A DNA stretch of 64,000 bases from Flavobacteriales bacterium (GTDB lineage Bacteria; Bacteroidota; Bacteroidia; Flavobacteriales_F; PHOS-HE28). Where the stretch lies: NCBI GenBank assembly GCA_016703105.1, contig JADJCS010000020.1:112529-176528 (forward strand). The letters run 5' to 3'. Each line of letters begins with the position of its first letter. The stretch's first letter is position 1. A program made the translations under genes and the position numbers. The notes beneath the pieces are model-generated. The model searched no databases. It was given only the letters and a program-made list of their open reading frames with translations, and was not told where the DNA came from. This document shows, in pieces, positions 1 to 9,818 of this stretch.

Positions 1-1635
1 CACCAGGGTGGGTGTGCCATCGGCCGCATCGTAGAGCGTGCGGAAGGAATCGATGCGCGGGCCCTGCATGCTGAACATCTCCTCGTTCCAGGCCGGTGGC
101 ACGGGTTGGTAGTACACGCGCGCGCTTACCTGGATCAGCCCATCGAAGCCGTTCATGGGGATATGGTAGCGCACGATGTCGCCCCCGTTGCCTTCCACCC
201 CGAAGGCATCGTGGTTGAAGTCGATGTCGCTCGCCGGCACCCCGGCGATCCGCGTGGTGTCGTACGTGTAGTGCGTGGTGCTGAAGCCCTGCGGCACGAG
301 GCGGTTGTCTTTGATCGGATCCTTCGCGCGCTCCAGCACGGTGGTCACGTCGCCGTTCACGTCGCCCATCACCAGCTCGTAGATCTGCGCCTGGCCGGGA
401 TCGTTGATCATGTCGTAATGCGCCTCGTAGGTCGCGTCGTGGCCGATCACTTCGTAGGTGGTATCGAGCAGTCCGCTGGCGAAGAGCGTATCGTTCTGCG
501 CATCGGTCACCACCAGTTGCACGAAGGCGCGGCGGCTGGGATAGCCGCTGGGGAACTTGTGGCCCGCGAGGTTCACCAGGCGCGCTTCGATGTAGGCCGT
601 ATCCGGATCGCGGGAAGTGAGCACGAGGTCGAGGTCCAGGGTGCGGTGCCGCAATTGATCCACCGTGCGGGCGATGGTGCTGTCGAACTGAACACCTGTG
701 GCCGGTATGCCCAGCGCCTGCCGGTTCTCCTTCAGCAGTTTCAGCATGAACTCGTTGCCGCCCACCAGGTGGTGCAGACCGAAGGGACTGTGGCCTTGCA
801 GAAAGGCGTAATCCGCCGCGAGGCGGATGCTGTCGGTGATACGCGGCAGGTGGCAGCCCCGGCAATTGGTCTGCGGGTCGGCGGTGTACACGCTGTTCAA
901 CCACTCGTGCCAGGTGGCCTGTTCCACGAACTCATCGCCGGTGGGATCGCCTTGCAGATCGAGCGTTCCGGTGATCAGCGTATGGCAGCCCGCGCACACG
1001 CGCCCATCCTGGATGTGCTCCCCATAGCCCGGCCGGAAGCCCACGAAGAATTCCATGATGGCCTGGTTGATCTCATCGTCCTCGTACGGGCCGTACACCA
1101 AGGCGGAGTCGAAACGCAGCTCGCCGCTGAAAAGCGTTCCCGCCGAGTCCGGGTTCTGCATGTGGCAGGAGGTGCAGCTCACGCCGTCCAGCCCGATGGT
1201 GCTGGTGTCCAACATCGCGGCGGTGAAGGGCGCATGGCCCAGCATCCTCTCCTCATGGAAACCGAGCGGGGCATGGCAGCTCAGGCATTTGCCTTCGATC
1301 GCGCCCTGGTGCCCCGGGTTCACCAGCACCTCATGCTCCATTTTGGCGCGGAAGAAGGGATCGCGCGCGCTGTTGCCCATCATGCTGCTGCGCCAATCGT
1401 CCGCCACGTTCACGTCGCGGCCCTGCGCATCGATGCTCGCGAGCGTATCCTGGTCGTGCCCGTGGCAGCCCGCGCAGCGCCCCGCGGTGGCGAAGTAGGT
1501 GCTGTACATCACCACCAGGTCGCTATCGCCGGAACGGAACAGCAGGTCCTCGAACCGGGTGTGATGGCCGCGCGGTTCCGTGGCCGTGGTCCAGCCCACG
1601 AGCAGCACCACCACGCCCATCAGGCCAAGTACCAT
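1..1635 (-). CDS. multihaem c-type cytochrome, N-terminal 545 codons (3' end lies beyond the window start)
   Basis: Hand translation of the minus strand from ATG 1635-1633 gives MVLGLMGVVVLLVGW (signal/anchor). Five CxxCH haem motifs follow in one frame (CAGCH, CLSCH, CTSCH, CAGCH, CRGCH). The frame stays open to position 1. It is absent from the ORF track because it has no stop in the window. The listed 106..1677(+) ORF is its antisense shadow. Confidence 0.8.
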   Translation of the reverse strand, partial: MVLGLMGVVVLLVGWTTATEPRGHHTRFEDLLFRSGDSDLVVMYSTYFATAGRCAGCHGHDQDTLASIDAQGRDVNVADDWRSSMMGNSARDPFFRAKMEHEVLVNPGHQGAIEGKCLSCHAPLGFHEERMLGHAPFTAAMLDTSTIGLDGVSCTSCHMQNPDSAGTLFSGELRFDSALVYGPYEDDEINQAIMEFFVGFRPGYGEHIQDGRVCAGCHTLITGTLDLQGDPTGDEFVEQATWHEWLNSVYTADPQTNCRGCHLPRITDSIRLAADYAFLQGHSPFGLHHLVGGNEFMLKLLKENRQALGIPATGVQFDSTIARTVDQLRHRTLDLDLVLTSRDPDTAYIEARLVNLAGHKFPSGYPSRRAFVQLVVTDAQNDTLFASGLLDTTYEVIGHDATYEAHYDMINDPGQAQIYELVMGDVNGDVTTVLERAKDPIKDNRLVPQGFSTTHYTYDTTRIAGVPASDIDFNHDAFGVEGNGGDIVRYHIPMNGFDGLIQVSARVYYQPVPPAWNEEMFSMQGPRIDSFRTLYDAADGTPTLV

Positions 1636-1821
1636 CTTCCAAGGGGTGTCCGCTTCATGGCAAGGGCCGAAAGGTAGCTGGCGATCGCGCGCGCTGCCAG
1701 TGGGAACACCTTGCGCGGTGGCCTGGTTCGCGCGGCAGGTTTCCAAGCCCATTCGCGGAGACCACAGGCGGATCGTGGACAGCCGATCGTTCACCTACCG
1801 ATGACCGATGTGACCGGCCGG

Positions 1822-1829
1822 TACTTTTG
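1822..1829 (+). promoter_or_regulatory. candidate Bacteroidota -7 promoter box (TACTTTTG)
   Basis: Exact match to the TAnnTTTG consensus, 39 nt upstream of ATG 1868. No clear -33 TTTG. Confidence 0.3.
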
Positions 1830-1867
1830 GAGTCCGCTCCTCGTTCAGCCCTTCAGCCGAATGCGGG

Positions 1868-3529
1868 ATGAAACACATGCGTGCACTCTTCGTCCTGCTG
1901 TTTTTCTCCCCCTTGCTGCTCGCGGCCCAGGTGCCGCCTCCCACCCCGGCGGGCGTGCAGCCTTTCGTGGACCACTGGGACAGCTTGCGCACTATCAAGC
2001 GCAGCGAAGGCCTCTTTGTGAACGGCCGCGAATGGGGCGAGTGGAAGTTCTGGGACCGCCAGGGCCGCCTCTTTGAAGTGGCCGAGTTCAAGAGCGGCGA
2101 ACGCGACGGCCATGTGGTGATGCACTATGACAATGGCCAGGTGCAGCACGATGGCTATTTCCACCGTGGCAAGCAGGACAGTTTGATGCAGAGCTTCTAC
2201 CGCGACGGCAAGCCCATGGAGAAGGGGAGCTACAGCGCAGGCAAGAAGAAGGGGCTGTGGGAATATTGGTACGCCGATGCCAAACCCTACCTGCGCGAGG
2301 ATTGCGCGGACACCCTATGCCTCTTGCTGGACGCGTGGGACCCCCAAGGCGTGCAAGTGGTGAAAGCGGGCGATGGACTGCTGCGCACCTGGTATGCCAG
2401 CGGCGCGGTGCATGAAGAGACCGCCTACAAATTCGGCGTGCCCAGCGGGCCCTTCGTGGAGCATTATCCTGCGGGCAATCCCAAAGCGAAAGGCGAATAC
2501 CTCGGCGGCGTGAAGCACGGGGCGTGGTCCTACTACTTCAGCGATGCGCACTTGGAAAAGGAAGAGACCTACTTGCGCGGGAAACTGGACGGTCCTTTCC
2601 TGCTCTCCTTCCGCAGCGGCCAGCCCAACATCACCGGGTTCTACAAGGAAGGGTTGAAGGACAGCCTGTGGACCTGGTACACCAGCACCGGCCAGCAGGA
2701 TATGGAAGGGCCCTTCCAGGCGGACAAACGCCAGGGCGTTTGGCGCTTCTGGTATCCCAATGGCCAGATGAGCAGCACCGGCGCTTTCGCGGACGACAAG
2801 GAGGAGGGGGATTGGGTGTACTTCTACGAAGGCGGGCAGTTCTGGAAGAAGGGCACCTTCAAGGCCGGTGCGAAGGATGGCGTGTGGACCACCTGGTTCG
2901 AGAGCGGCCAGAAACTGCAGGAGGGACCGTATGTACACGGTGTGGTCGAAGGCGAATGGACCAGCTGGTTCGAGACCGGCCGTGAGAAGGACAAAGGAGT
3001 GTTCGTGGCGGGGCACATGAACGGGTTATGGAAAGGATGGTACCCCGATGGCCAGCAGGAGTACGAAGGCCTGTGGAAGGCGGACCTGAAGGACGGCCCT
3101 TGGAAATTCTGGTTCGAGAACGGCCGGATCAAAGAGGAAGGCTCTTACGCCGATGGCAAAAAGAGCGGACGCTGGGTGGCCTACAGCACCGGTGGGCTCC
3201 CGATAAGCGAAGGGCTCTATGTGAACGGGACCCCCGATGGCCCTTGGACCTATTATGATGATGCCGGCGTGAAGATGCGCGAGCAATCCATGATGAACGG
3301 GGATCCGCATGGCGATTGTGTGGTGTACGACTACAAAGGCCGCGTGATCCAGCGCATGCACTACGAGCAAGGGCGCCTGCACGGCACCATGTCGTTCTAC
3401 GATAGTGATGGGCGCGTCACCAAGAGCGTGGAATACAAGTACGGTTCGCGCGTGCAGGACGCACCACCGGCGTTGAAGGGGAACGAGCGCGCGCCTGCAT
3501 CGGTGCCTGGGATGGACCGCAAGCGGTGA
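1868..3529 (+). CDS. secreted MORN-variant (YwqK-like) repeat protein
   Basis: Signal peptide MKHMRALFVLLFFSPLLLAAQ. The rest is many tandem ~23-aa repeats of the form G-x-W-x-x-W/Y-x-x-G-x-x-x-x-E-G-x-Y. Confidence 0.85.
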   Translation: MKHMRALFVLLFFSPLLLAAQVPPPTPAGVQPFVDHWDSLRTIKRSEGLFVNGREWGEWKFWDRQGRLFEVAEFKSGERDGHVVMHYDNGQVQHDGYFHRGKQDSLMQSFYRDGKPMEKGSYSAGKKKGLWEYWYADAKPYLREDCADTLCLLLDAWDPQGVQVVKAGDGLLRTWYASGAVHEETAYKFGVPSGPFVEHYPAGNPKAKGEYLGGVKHGAWSYYFSDAHLEKEETYLRGKLDGPFLLSFRSGQPNITGFYKEGLKDSLWTWYTSTGQQDMEGPFQADKRQGVWRFWYPNGQMSSTGAFADDKEEGDWVYFYEGGQFWKKGTFKAGAKDGVWTTWFESGQKLQEGPYVHGVVEGEWTSWFETGREKDKGVFVAGHMNGLWKGWYPDGQQEYEGLWKADLKDGPWKFWFENGRIKEEGSYADGKKSGRWVAYSTGGLPISEGLYVNGTPDGPWTYYDDAGVKMREQSMMNGDPHGDCVVYDYKGRVIQRMHYEQGRLHGTMSFYDSDGRVTKSVEYKYGSRVQDAPPALKGNERAPASVPGMDRKR

Positions 3530-3593
3530 GGGCGACGTAGGGTTTGATGGATAGCCGCTGAATTCCGGCTCGGACCTGTGTATTTCGAAGAGA

Positions 3594-5210
3594 ATGCGGA
3601 GAGCAGGTGGCTTGGGTGGTATGGTATTGTGCCGTAGTATCACATTGAAATTTGGCAACTCTTCAAAACTGGTGTTCACAAAAAACAGCAGCGCACTGCT
3701 CAGGCTGGCCACAGCGGTCGGCCTGGGCATGGCTGCGTTGGTGTCTCGTGGCCAAACTTTCAATGTGATCCATGACAACCAGTTAGGCGGCTATGCCGTA
3801 GGCCGAAGCGTCGTCGAGGTATCTGACGGGTTTTTGGTCTTCGGGGAACAAGCGCAACTGGACAGTAATGAGCAGGATCTGTCCCTTACCAGGTTCGATC
3901 TGCAAGGCCAGTATGTTTCCGAGGAACGTTTCGTAAAGCCCGAGGACCAGTTCTATTGGCGGCCAGACCCGATCACCAAAGGTCCGAATGGTTCTGGTTT
4001 CATCGGAATGGCGCACTTGCAGCCCATTGATTCTCCTATGGATACGGTGCTTCTTTTACGTCTCGACGCCGAGGGTGATACGCTTTGGACGACCACTCTC
4101 CTAACAGGCTACACCTCCAGAGGCTACAAGGTGATCGCCACAGCCGATCATTTTTTCATTGCGGGCGCATACAATACGGGCATCCTTGGGGACTCCTTAC
4201 CTGCATATGCGATGAGAACAGATACTTCGGGCGGGATCCAAATGTTCAAACGGCATCGGCGGGTCGGTGCGCAAGCAGTCGCCGCCGACACTTTGCTCAA
4301 CATGTACCTGGCTGGGAACGGTTTCTGGCCCAATTCCATCACAGGAAAGCTGTGTTTGATGAAAATGGACAGCAGCGGCAACGAAATTTGGCACCGTGAG
4401 GCACCGGTACCCTACGGCATCTGGTACGGTGTACAACTGCTTGCCAATGGCCACCTGTTGTGTGCGGGCCGGCGATCTTTTAATCCGCAAGGGGATCCAC
4501 CCATGCACATGTATCTGGCGAGCTACGATACGGCTGGCACGCTGCTGTGGCAGTACCAAGGGCCCATGGGCCAACCCACGGCCATAGGGGCGTACACTGG
4601 CTACAACGACATGTACCAGGATACGGACACCACCTTCATCGTATGCGGCGGCATACAGCAACAGAATTGGAAGCGGGCGCTGGTGCATCGGTTCACGGTG
4701 GATGGCGATTCGTTATGGCGGCGGGAGTACGCGCACTTCGCCAACCTGAGCCCCTTTAACTTGGAGGTGCCGTGGGATATCGAGCCCACCAGCGATGGCG
4801 GCATGGTGCTTACCGGCGAGACGTGGGATGACTCCAACAACTCCCCGCACTTCAGCCAGCACATGTGGCTTTTGAAGTTGGATAGTGTGGGCTGCTTGGT
4901 GCCCGGCTGCCAGTTCGTGGGGCTTAACGATATCGCCTTCGGCTTGCAGGATGCGCTGACGGCTTATCCCAATCCCAGCGCAGGAAGGTTCAGTTTGGCA
5001 TTGTCGCTACCAGAGGCTGTCCATGTGAACGGAGAGATGCAGTTACAGGTCTTCGACGCGCACGGGCGGTTAGTGGTACGCAAGGATTTGGGTACGGCCT
5101 TGGAACAATCGCTGGTGCTGGACATGAGCCAGGAACCGGCGGGTTTGTATAGTGCTCATGTGAGCGATGCGGGGAGGATCCTCACCGGTACACGCGTGAT
5201 CTTGGAGTGA
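3594..5210 (+). CDS. secreted protein with T9SS type-A C-terminal sorting domain (Por_Secre_tail-like)
   Basis: C-terminus reads LTAYPNPSAGRFSLALS...LQVFDAHGRLV...GLYSAHV...RVILE, typical of T9SS type-A CTDs. The start is uncertain. ATG 3621 or GTG 3672 (MFTKNSSALLRLATAVGLGMAALV signal) is more likely than 3594. A 7/8 -7 box GAAATTTG lies at 3647-3654. Confidence 0.75.
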   Translation: MRRAGGLGGMVLCRSITLKFGNSSKLVFTKNSSALLRLATAVGLGMAALVSRGQTFNVIHDNQLGGYAVGRSVVEVSDGFLVFGEQAQLDSNEQDLSLTRFDLQGQYVSEERFVKPEDQFYWRPDPITKGPNGSGFIGMAHLQPIDSPMDTVLLLRLDAEGDTLWTTTLLTGYTSRGYKVIATADHFFIAGAYNTGILGDSLPAYAMRTDTSGGIQMFKRHRRVGAQAVAADTLLNMYLAGNGFWPNSITGKLCLMKMDSSGNEIWHREAPVPYGIWYGVQLLANGHLLCAGRRSFNPQGDPPMHMYLASYDTAGTLLWQYQGPMGQPTAIGAYTGYNDMYQDTDTTFIVCGGIQQQNWKRALVHRFTVDGDSLWRREYAHFANLSPFNLEVPWDIEPTSDGGMVLTGETWDDSNNSPHFSQHMWLLKLDSVGCLVPGCQFVGLNDIAFGLQDALTAYPNPSAGRFSLALSLPEAVHVNGEMQLQVFDAHGRLVVRKDLGTALEQSLVLDMSQEPAGLYSAHVSDAGRILTGTRVILE

Positions 5211-5215
5211 TCCCC

Positions 5216-7501
5216 TCACTTTTTTCGCGGAAATAGTCGCTTGAGCAGGCCTGGCCGCTCAACGCTGTCTTGTACGACATCACGCAGGGGCTTGCCCGGT
5301 TCGTTCCCATTGAAGAGGTCATTGAAGAACTCCTGCACTGCGTTCGGGTCACGTCGCGCGGGGCATTCCAACGAAGGGGTCAGGCTGTCCGGCGCGGCGA
5401 ACGGCTTGACGTAGCGGGTGCGTAGTTCCTTGCTCGCTTCAATGCCGTGGAACACCGCCCCGGCGATCGGCAACGCGAGCTGCCCACCCGTGCCGAGCGA
5501 ACTGCGGAAGTGGATGGAGGGATCGCGCGCACCCACCCAGGTGCCCACCACAAGACCAGGTGTGTACCCGAAGAACCAGGCATCGCGTTGATCTTGCGAG
5601 GTGCCGGTTTTGCCGGCGAGGGGCACGGTAACCCCATAGCGCGATCGCAGCGCGGCACCTGTTCCCTGGTCCACCGCGCGGCGAAGCATACTGCTGATCA
5701 CGGTCGCGGTTCCCCGGGAGATCGCCTGGCGCATTTTTGTCTTGGGAGCTTCATAGAGCACCTTGCCCTGCGCGTCCGTGATCTTCTCGATCAAGCGGGG
5801 CTTCGTGCGTTGGCCGCGATAGGCGAACGCACCGTACGCAGGCACCACTTCTTCCAAGGAGAGATCCGAAGCGCCAAGGCATATGGCCGGGTTCTGCACT
5901 TGCACTTGGGGTAGACCTATCGCACGGACCACATCGCGCAGGGAGTCCTGATCGAGACGGAAGTAAAGGTCCACGGTGGGCAGGTTCATGCTGCGCGCGA
6001 GCGCATACCACATCGCCACTTGTCCGCCGGCGGTATCGCCATCGAAGTTCTGCGGCGTCCAATCATCATACTCCGGATAGGTGCGTAGCGTGTTCTCCAG
6101 GTAGGTGCATGGATCCATGCCGGATTCGATCGCAGCAGCGTAGATGAACGGTTTGATCGCCGAGGCGATGGGCCGGTGCGTGCGCACCAGATCGAGCGCG
6201 AGATAGCGGTGGTGGTTACCACCGACCCACGCGCGCACCGCCCCGGTCGATGGCTCCATCATAAGCACGGCGGCGTTCAGCATGCGGTGGTAGTGCCAGA
6301 GGCTGTCGCGGTAGCTCAAACTGTCCACACGGATGCCGGCATGATCGTAGATCTCCATGCGCGTCCGCGCGTTCCGCTTCCATGCTACGTCCTTCTTCTT
6401 TTCACGGGTGCGCTCCCAATTCTTCCGGTCCTTGGCCGCCTTCAGCTCGGCGTCCAACTTGGGTTGCATGCGCGCCAGGTGCTCTTGCGCGGCGTCGGCG
6501 GCGAGATGTTGCAGTTCCGGGTCCAGGGTCGTGTATATCCTCAACCCATCCTTCCGCAGGTCGAAGCCTGTGTTCGCACCGATGCCCTCCATCTTCACAT
6601 CGCCGGTGCGATCCGAGAGGTCGCGCAGAATGATCTCCGCTTCTTTGGCCACGCGGCCCACGAAATAGCCGTAGACGTCGTAGGCGTCCGATCCCGCGTA
6701 CCGCAGGGTGATGGGCAGGGCCTTCAAGCTATCGGCGACGGCGGTGGTGAGCAGGTTGTTCTTCCGCAACAGTTCGAGCACGGTGTTACGACGCGCGCGT
6801 GAGGCTTCGGGATGGAGCCGCGGGTTATAGCTGGTGTTGGCCTTCAGCATGCCCACCAGCACCGCGCCCTCTTCCACCTTGAGCCGGGCGGTGCTCTTGC
6901 CGAAGAAGCGCCGCGCTGCGGCCTCGATGCCATAGGTGTTCTCCCCGAACGGCACGCTGTTGAGGTAGAGGACGAGCACACCTTGCTTGTCGTAGACCTG
7001 TTCCAAGCGTTGCGCCACCAAGGCCTCTTTGATCTTGTTCACCGGCACGGTGAGGAGACCGTGGTTCTCGCGGCCATAAAGGTTCTTGATGATCTGCTGG
7101 CTGATGGTGCTTCCGCCACCGCCGCCACGGTCGCCCCCCAGGATGGTGCGGAAGAACACGCGCAGATAACTGGCGCCATCCACACCTTGGTGGGCGAAGA
7201 AGCGCGCGTCCTCGGTGCTCACCAGGGCGTTCATCAGGTGTGGGGGAATATCCTCGTAGCGGATGTTGGTGCGGTCCTCGGCGAAGAGTTTGCCGATGAT
7301 GGTGCCATCGCGCGCCAGCACCAACGTCGCTTCTTCGTGCTGGATGGCGGCGAGCTCCGCCTTGCTCGGCAACTTGCCGAAAACGTCCAAGGAGACGAGC
7401 GCGATCAACAGGCCGAGGCACAGGACGACCCCCAGCCCCAGAGCGAGCAGGATGCGTCCCGCCTTTGGTCCCGCTTTCTTCTTCGCTCGCTTCGCCGACA
7501 T
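5216..7501 (-). CDS. mrcA: penicillin-binding protein 1A (class A PBP, glycosyltransferase plus transpeptidase)
   Basis: GT51 motifs EDARFFAHQGVD and RKxxE-like KIKEALVAQRLE, transpeptidase SxxK (SAIKPF) and KTGT. ATG 7501 (MSAKRAKKK + TM helix) is preferred over the GTG at 7543 used in the ORF track. Confidence 0.9.
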   Translation of the reverse strand: MSAKRAKKKAGPKAGRILLALGLGVVLCLGLLIALVSLDVFGKLPSKAELAAIQHEEATLVLARDGTIIGKLFAEDRTNIRYEDIPPHLMNALVSTEDARFFAHQGVDGASYLRVFFRTILGGDRGGGGGSTISQQIIKNLYGRENHGLLTVPVNKIKEALVAQRLEQVYDKQGVLVLYLNSVPFGENTYGIEAAARRFFGKSTARLKVEEGAVLVGMLKANTSYNPRLHPEASRARRNTVLELLRKNNLLTTAVADSLKALPITLRYAGSDAYDVYGYFVGRVAKEAEIILRDLSDRTGDVKMEGIGANTGFDLRKDGLRIYTTLDPELQHLAADAAQEHLARMQPKLDAELKAAKDRKNWERTREKKKDVAWKRNARTRMEIYDHAGIRVDSLSYRDSLWHYHRMLNAAVLMMEPSTGAVRAWVGGNHHRYLALDLVRTHRPIASAIKPFIYAAAIESGMDPCTYLENTLRTYPEYDDWTPQNFDGDTAGGQVAMWYALARSMNLPTVDLYFRLDQDSLRDVVRAIGLPQVQVQNPAICLGASDLSLEEVVPAYGAFAYRGQRTKPRLIEKITDAQGKVLYEAPKTKMRQAISRGTATVISSMLRRAVDQGTGAALRSRYGVTVPLAGKTGTSQDQRDAWFFGYTPGLVVGTWVGARDPSIHFRSSLGTGGQLALPIAGAVFHGIEASKELRTRYVKPFAAPDSLTPSLECPARRDPNAVQEFFNDLFNGNEPGKPLRDVVQDSVERPGLLKRLFPRKK

Positions 7502-7565
7502 CTTCTTTCTAACGGAACATCCGCGGGATCCATGTGGTCCCACGACCGATGCTACCTGACGGTGC

Positions 7566-8813
7566 TCACGGTGCTACCGCATCTTCGCCCTGGCCCTCCA
7601 GGTATTCGTCCTTGTAGAGCAGGTCGCTCTCGTAGGGGTACCGCTCCAGGTGGATCGCTTTCACACGTTGATAGAGCATCCTGCGCAAGCCGTCCACGTT
7701 CTGCCGGGCGGTCGCTGAGATGAAGAGGCACTCCGCATTGTCCATGCGCGCCATCCAGGTCTCCTTCAATTCTTCCAAACTGAACTGGTCCTCACGCTTC
7801 GGCGCCAGGTCGTCCGGATCGTGCGGGGCGGGGCGGTACGCATCGATCTTGTTGAACAACACGATAACGGGCCGGTCGCCCGCACCGATCTCGTTCAACG
7901 TCTGCTTCACTGTGCCGTACTGTTCTTCGAAGTTGTGGTGGCTGATATCCACCACGTGGAGCAACAGATCGGCTTCCCGTGTTTCATCCAATGTGCTCTT
8001 GAAGCTCTCGATCAGTTGGTGGGGCAGTTTGCGGATGAACCCGACCGTATCGCTGAGCAGGAAGGGTAGGTTGCCGAGCACCACTTTCCGCACGGTCGTG
8101 TCCAACGTTGCGAAGAGCTTGTTCTCGGCGAACACATCGCTCTTGCTCAGCAGGTTCATCACCGTGCTCTTGCCCACGTTGGTGTAGCCCACGAGCGCCA
8201 CACGCACGAGCTTCCCGCGGTTGCCGCGCTGAATGGATTTCTGCCGGTCGATGTCGCGCAATTGCGCTTTAAGCAAGGCGATGCGGTCACGCACAAGACG
8301 GCGGTCCGTCTCGATCTCCTTTTCGCCCGCACCGCCGCGGGTCCCGGTGCCGCCACGCTGCCGCTCCAAGTGGGTCCACAGCTTGGTGAGGCGGGGCAGC
8401 ATGTACTCGTACTGCGCCAGTTCCACTTGGGTCTTGGCGTGCGCTGTGCGCGCGCGCCGTGCGAAGATGTCCAGGATCAGGCGAGGCCGATCGAGCACCG
8501 GGAGCCCGAGCTCCTTTTCCAAGTTGCGCTGTTGCGCAGGGCTCAGTTCGTCATCGAAGATCACCGACTGTGCTTCGTGCTCCAGCACCCACGCTTTCAC
8601 CTCCGCCAGCTTGCCACTACCTACGTAGGTCCGTCCATCCGGCTTGTGCAGGCGCTGGGTGAAACGCTTGAGCGTCCGGATCTCGGCGGTGGTGGCCAGG
8701 AACTCCAACTCGTCCAGGTATTCCTTCACCTGGTCCTGGTCTTGATCATCGGTGATCAAGCCGATGAGCACGGCCGTTTCCGTGCTGCCTTTGATCGCCA
8801 GCGGATCGATCAT
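7566..8813 (-). CDS. hflX: GTPase HflX
   Basis: Full-length HflX-like sequence with G1 GYTNVGKST, DTVGF and NKID motifs. Its ATG overlaps the upstream stop (ATGA). Confidence 0.92.
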   Translation of the reverse strand: MIDPLAIKGSTETAVLIGLITDDQDQDQVKEYLDELEFLATTAEIRTLKRFTQRLHKPDGRTYVGSGKLAEVKAWVLEHEAQSVIFDDELSPAQQRNLEKELGLPVLDRPRLILDIFARRARTAHAKTQVELAQYEYMLPRLTKLWTHLERQRGGTGTRGGAGEKEIETDRRLVRDRIALLKAQLRDIDRQKSIQRGNRGKLVRVALVGYTNVGKSTVMNLLSKSDVFAENKLFATLDTTVRKVVLGNLPFLLSDTVGFIRKLPHQLIESFKSTLDETREADLLLHVVDISHHNFEEQYGTVKQTLNEIGAGDRPVIVLFNKIDAYRPAPHDPDDLAPKREDQFSLEELKETWMARMDNAECLFISATARQNVDGLRRMLYQRVKAIHLERYPYESDLLYKDEYLEGQGEDAVAP

Positions 8814-9139
8814 GGGGTGGTGCGCAGTGAACGCACATGGTCCACCACGGCTTCGATCTCTTCGGGACGCATGACGTTCTTGTAAGGCATCATCATGCCC
8901 TTGCCGTCGGTCACCAGCAAGATCATCTGCTCACGGGTCAGTGCCGAAACGGTCAGGTCCTTGGCGCCGCTCAAGCCCAACTTCCCATCGCGGCCATGGC
9001 ACAGCGTACACTGCATTTGAAAGAGCTTGGCGCCATCGGGGGGCGCAGCTGTGATGGTGGCGGACGCCTCAGGTCCGTCCGAGGTGGAGGAACAGGCGAG
9101 CATGGCCACGAGGGCGAAGAGCGGAAGGGTGCGCATCAT
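8810..9139 (-). CDS. small class I c-type cytochrome, lipoprotein-like signal
   Basis: MMRTLPLFALVAMLACSS signal with lipobox-like Cys, a single CTLCH haem motif and a distal MMMPY Met ligand region. The first 96 codons of track ORF 8810..9427 (GTG start) overlap the upstream gene and are rejected. Confidence 0.8.
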   Translation of the reverse strand: MMRTLPLFALVAMLACSSTSDGPEASATITAAPPDGAKLFQMQCTLCHGRDGKLGLSGAKDLTVSALTREQMILLVTDGKGMMMPYKNVMRPEEIEAVVDHVRSLRTTP

Positions 9140-9141
9140 GT

Positions 9142-9582
9142 TCACAGCCAGCCGAGATCGCGTCCCACCTCTGTGAAGGGCCAGGGGATCCCCGCCAGCA
9201 TCAATACCAATGCGATCAGGTAGAAGATGGCGACATGCCGTTGCTTGATCGGTTCTTCCTTGGCGCGCTTGCTCAACATCCGGCCGATGGTGACCAGCGC
9301 GATAGCGGCGATCATCATGGCGATGTGCTCCATTTTCCAGTAGCGCTGATGTGATGGGGCCATCAATTCGAACGCTTTGAAGCGCATACCATAAAGCGCC
9401 AGGCCGATGGCAAGTTGGATGTGGCACAACACCATGGCCACCACGGCGAGCATACGTTCATACACCAGTATCGGGCGCTGGCGCAACCACCCCATCAGGG
9501 CCACGAAGCCCGCCGCCGCAACGAACAGCAGCACAGCATAACGCAACAGACTGTGGAAGAAGGTCAAAATGTTCTGGTCCAT
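9142..9582 (-). CDS. small polytopic membrane protein (family often annotated 'cytochrome b'), function unknown
   Basis: MDQNILTFFHSLLRYAVLLFVAAAGF... with about 4 predicted TM helices. ATG 9582 was chosen because a -7 box lies 32 nt upstream. The stop is 2 nt before the cytochrome c start. Confidence 0.7.
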   Translation of the reverse strand: MDQNILTFFHSLLRYAVLLFVAAAGFVALMGWLRQRPILVYERMLAVVAMVLCHIQLAIGLALYGMRFKAFELMAPSHQRYWKMEHIAMMIAAIALVTIGRMLSKRAKEEPIKQRHVAIFYLIALVLMLAGIPWPFTEVGRDLGWL

Positions 9583-9613
9583 GGCGGTTTTCGGGGTTCG
9601 GAGCGGAGCGGCG

Positions 9614-9621
9614 CAAAAGTA
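9614..9621 (-). promoter_or_regulatory. candidate -7 promoter box (TACTTTTG on the minus strand)
   Basis: Plus strand CAAAAGTA is the reverse complement of TAnnTTTG, 32 nt upstream of ATG 9582. Confidence 0.4.
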
Positions 9622-9753
9622 GTGGCCTGGGGAGTGTGGCGGACCGGCGTTCGGTGCGGCCGGACGAACGCTGGCGAGCGGACCTGTGGGAAGCGCCAGG
9701 TACCGCTGTTCATTTCCCGTTCGTGTCGGCAGGAACGCGCTGGATGACGCGGT

Positions 9754-9761
9754 TACATTTG
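9754..9761 (+). promoter_or_regulatory. candidate -7 promoter box (TACATTTG)
   Basis: Exact TAnnTTTG, 58 nt upstream of ATG 9819. It lies downstream of the alternative starts at 9636 and 9744, which argues against them. Confidence 0.4.
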
Positions 9762-9818
9762 TCGCCTTCCCACGCTGTTTCTCCCGTGACCGGACCGGCT
9801 CCCGACCTCCCTTCGCTG

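Noticed and set aside
106-1677. 523-aa plus-strand ORF at the window start.
   Set aside because: Its translation is a low-complexity Arg/Ala/His/Val-rich string. The opposite strand encodes a co-linear protein with a signal anchor and five in-frame CxxCH motifs, so this is an antisense shadow.
3540-5210. Apparent GC dip over the T9SS type-A cargo gene, as a sign of horizontal acquisition.
   Set aside because: My hand count of a single 100-nt sample gave 55 G+C (3781-3880) versus 61 in the neighbouring gene (2401-2500). The difference is modest, and there are no flanking repeats, tRNA or integrase. A proper sliding-window calculation is needed.
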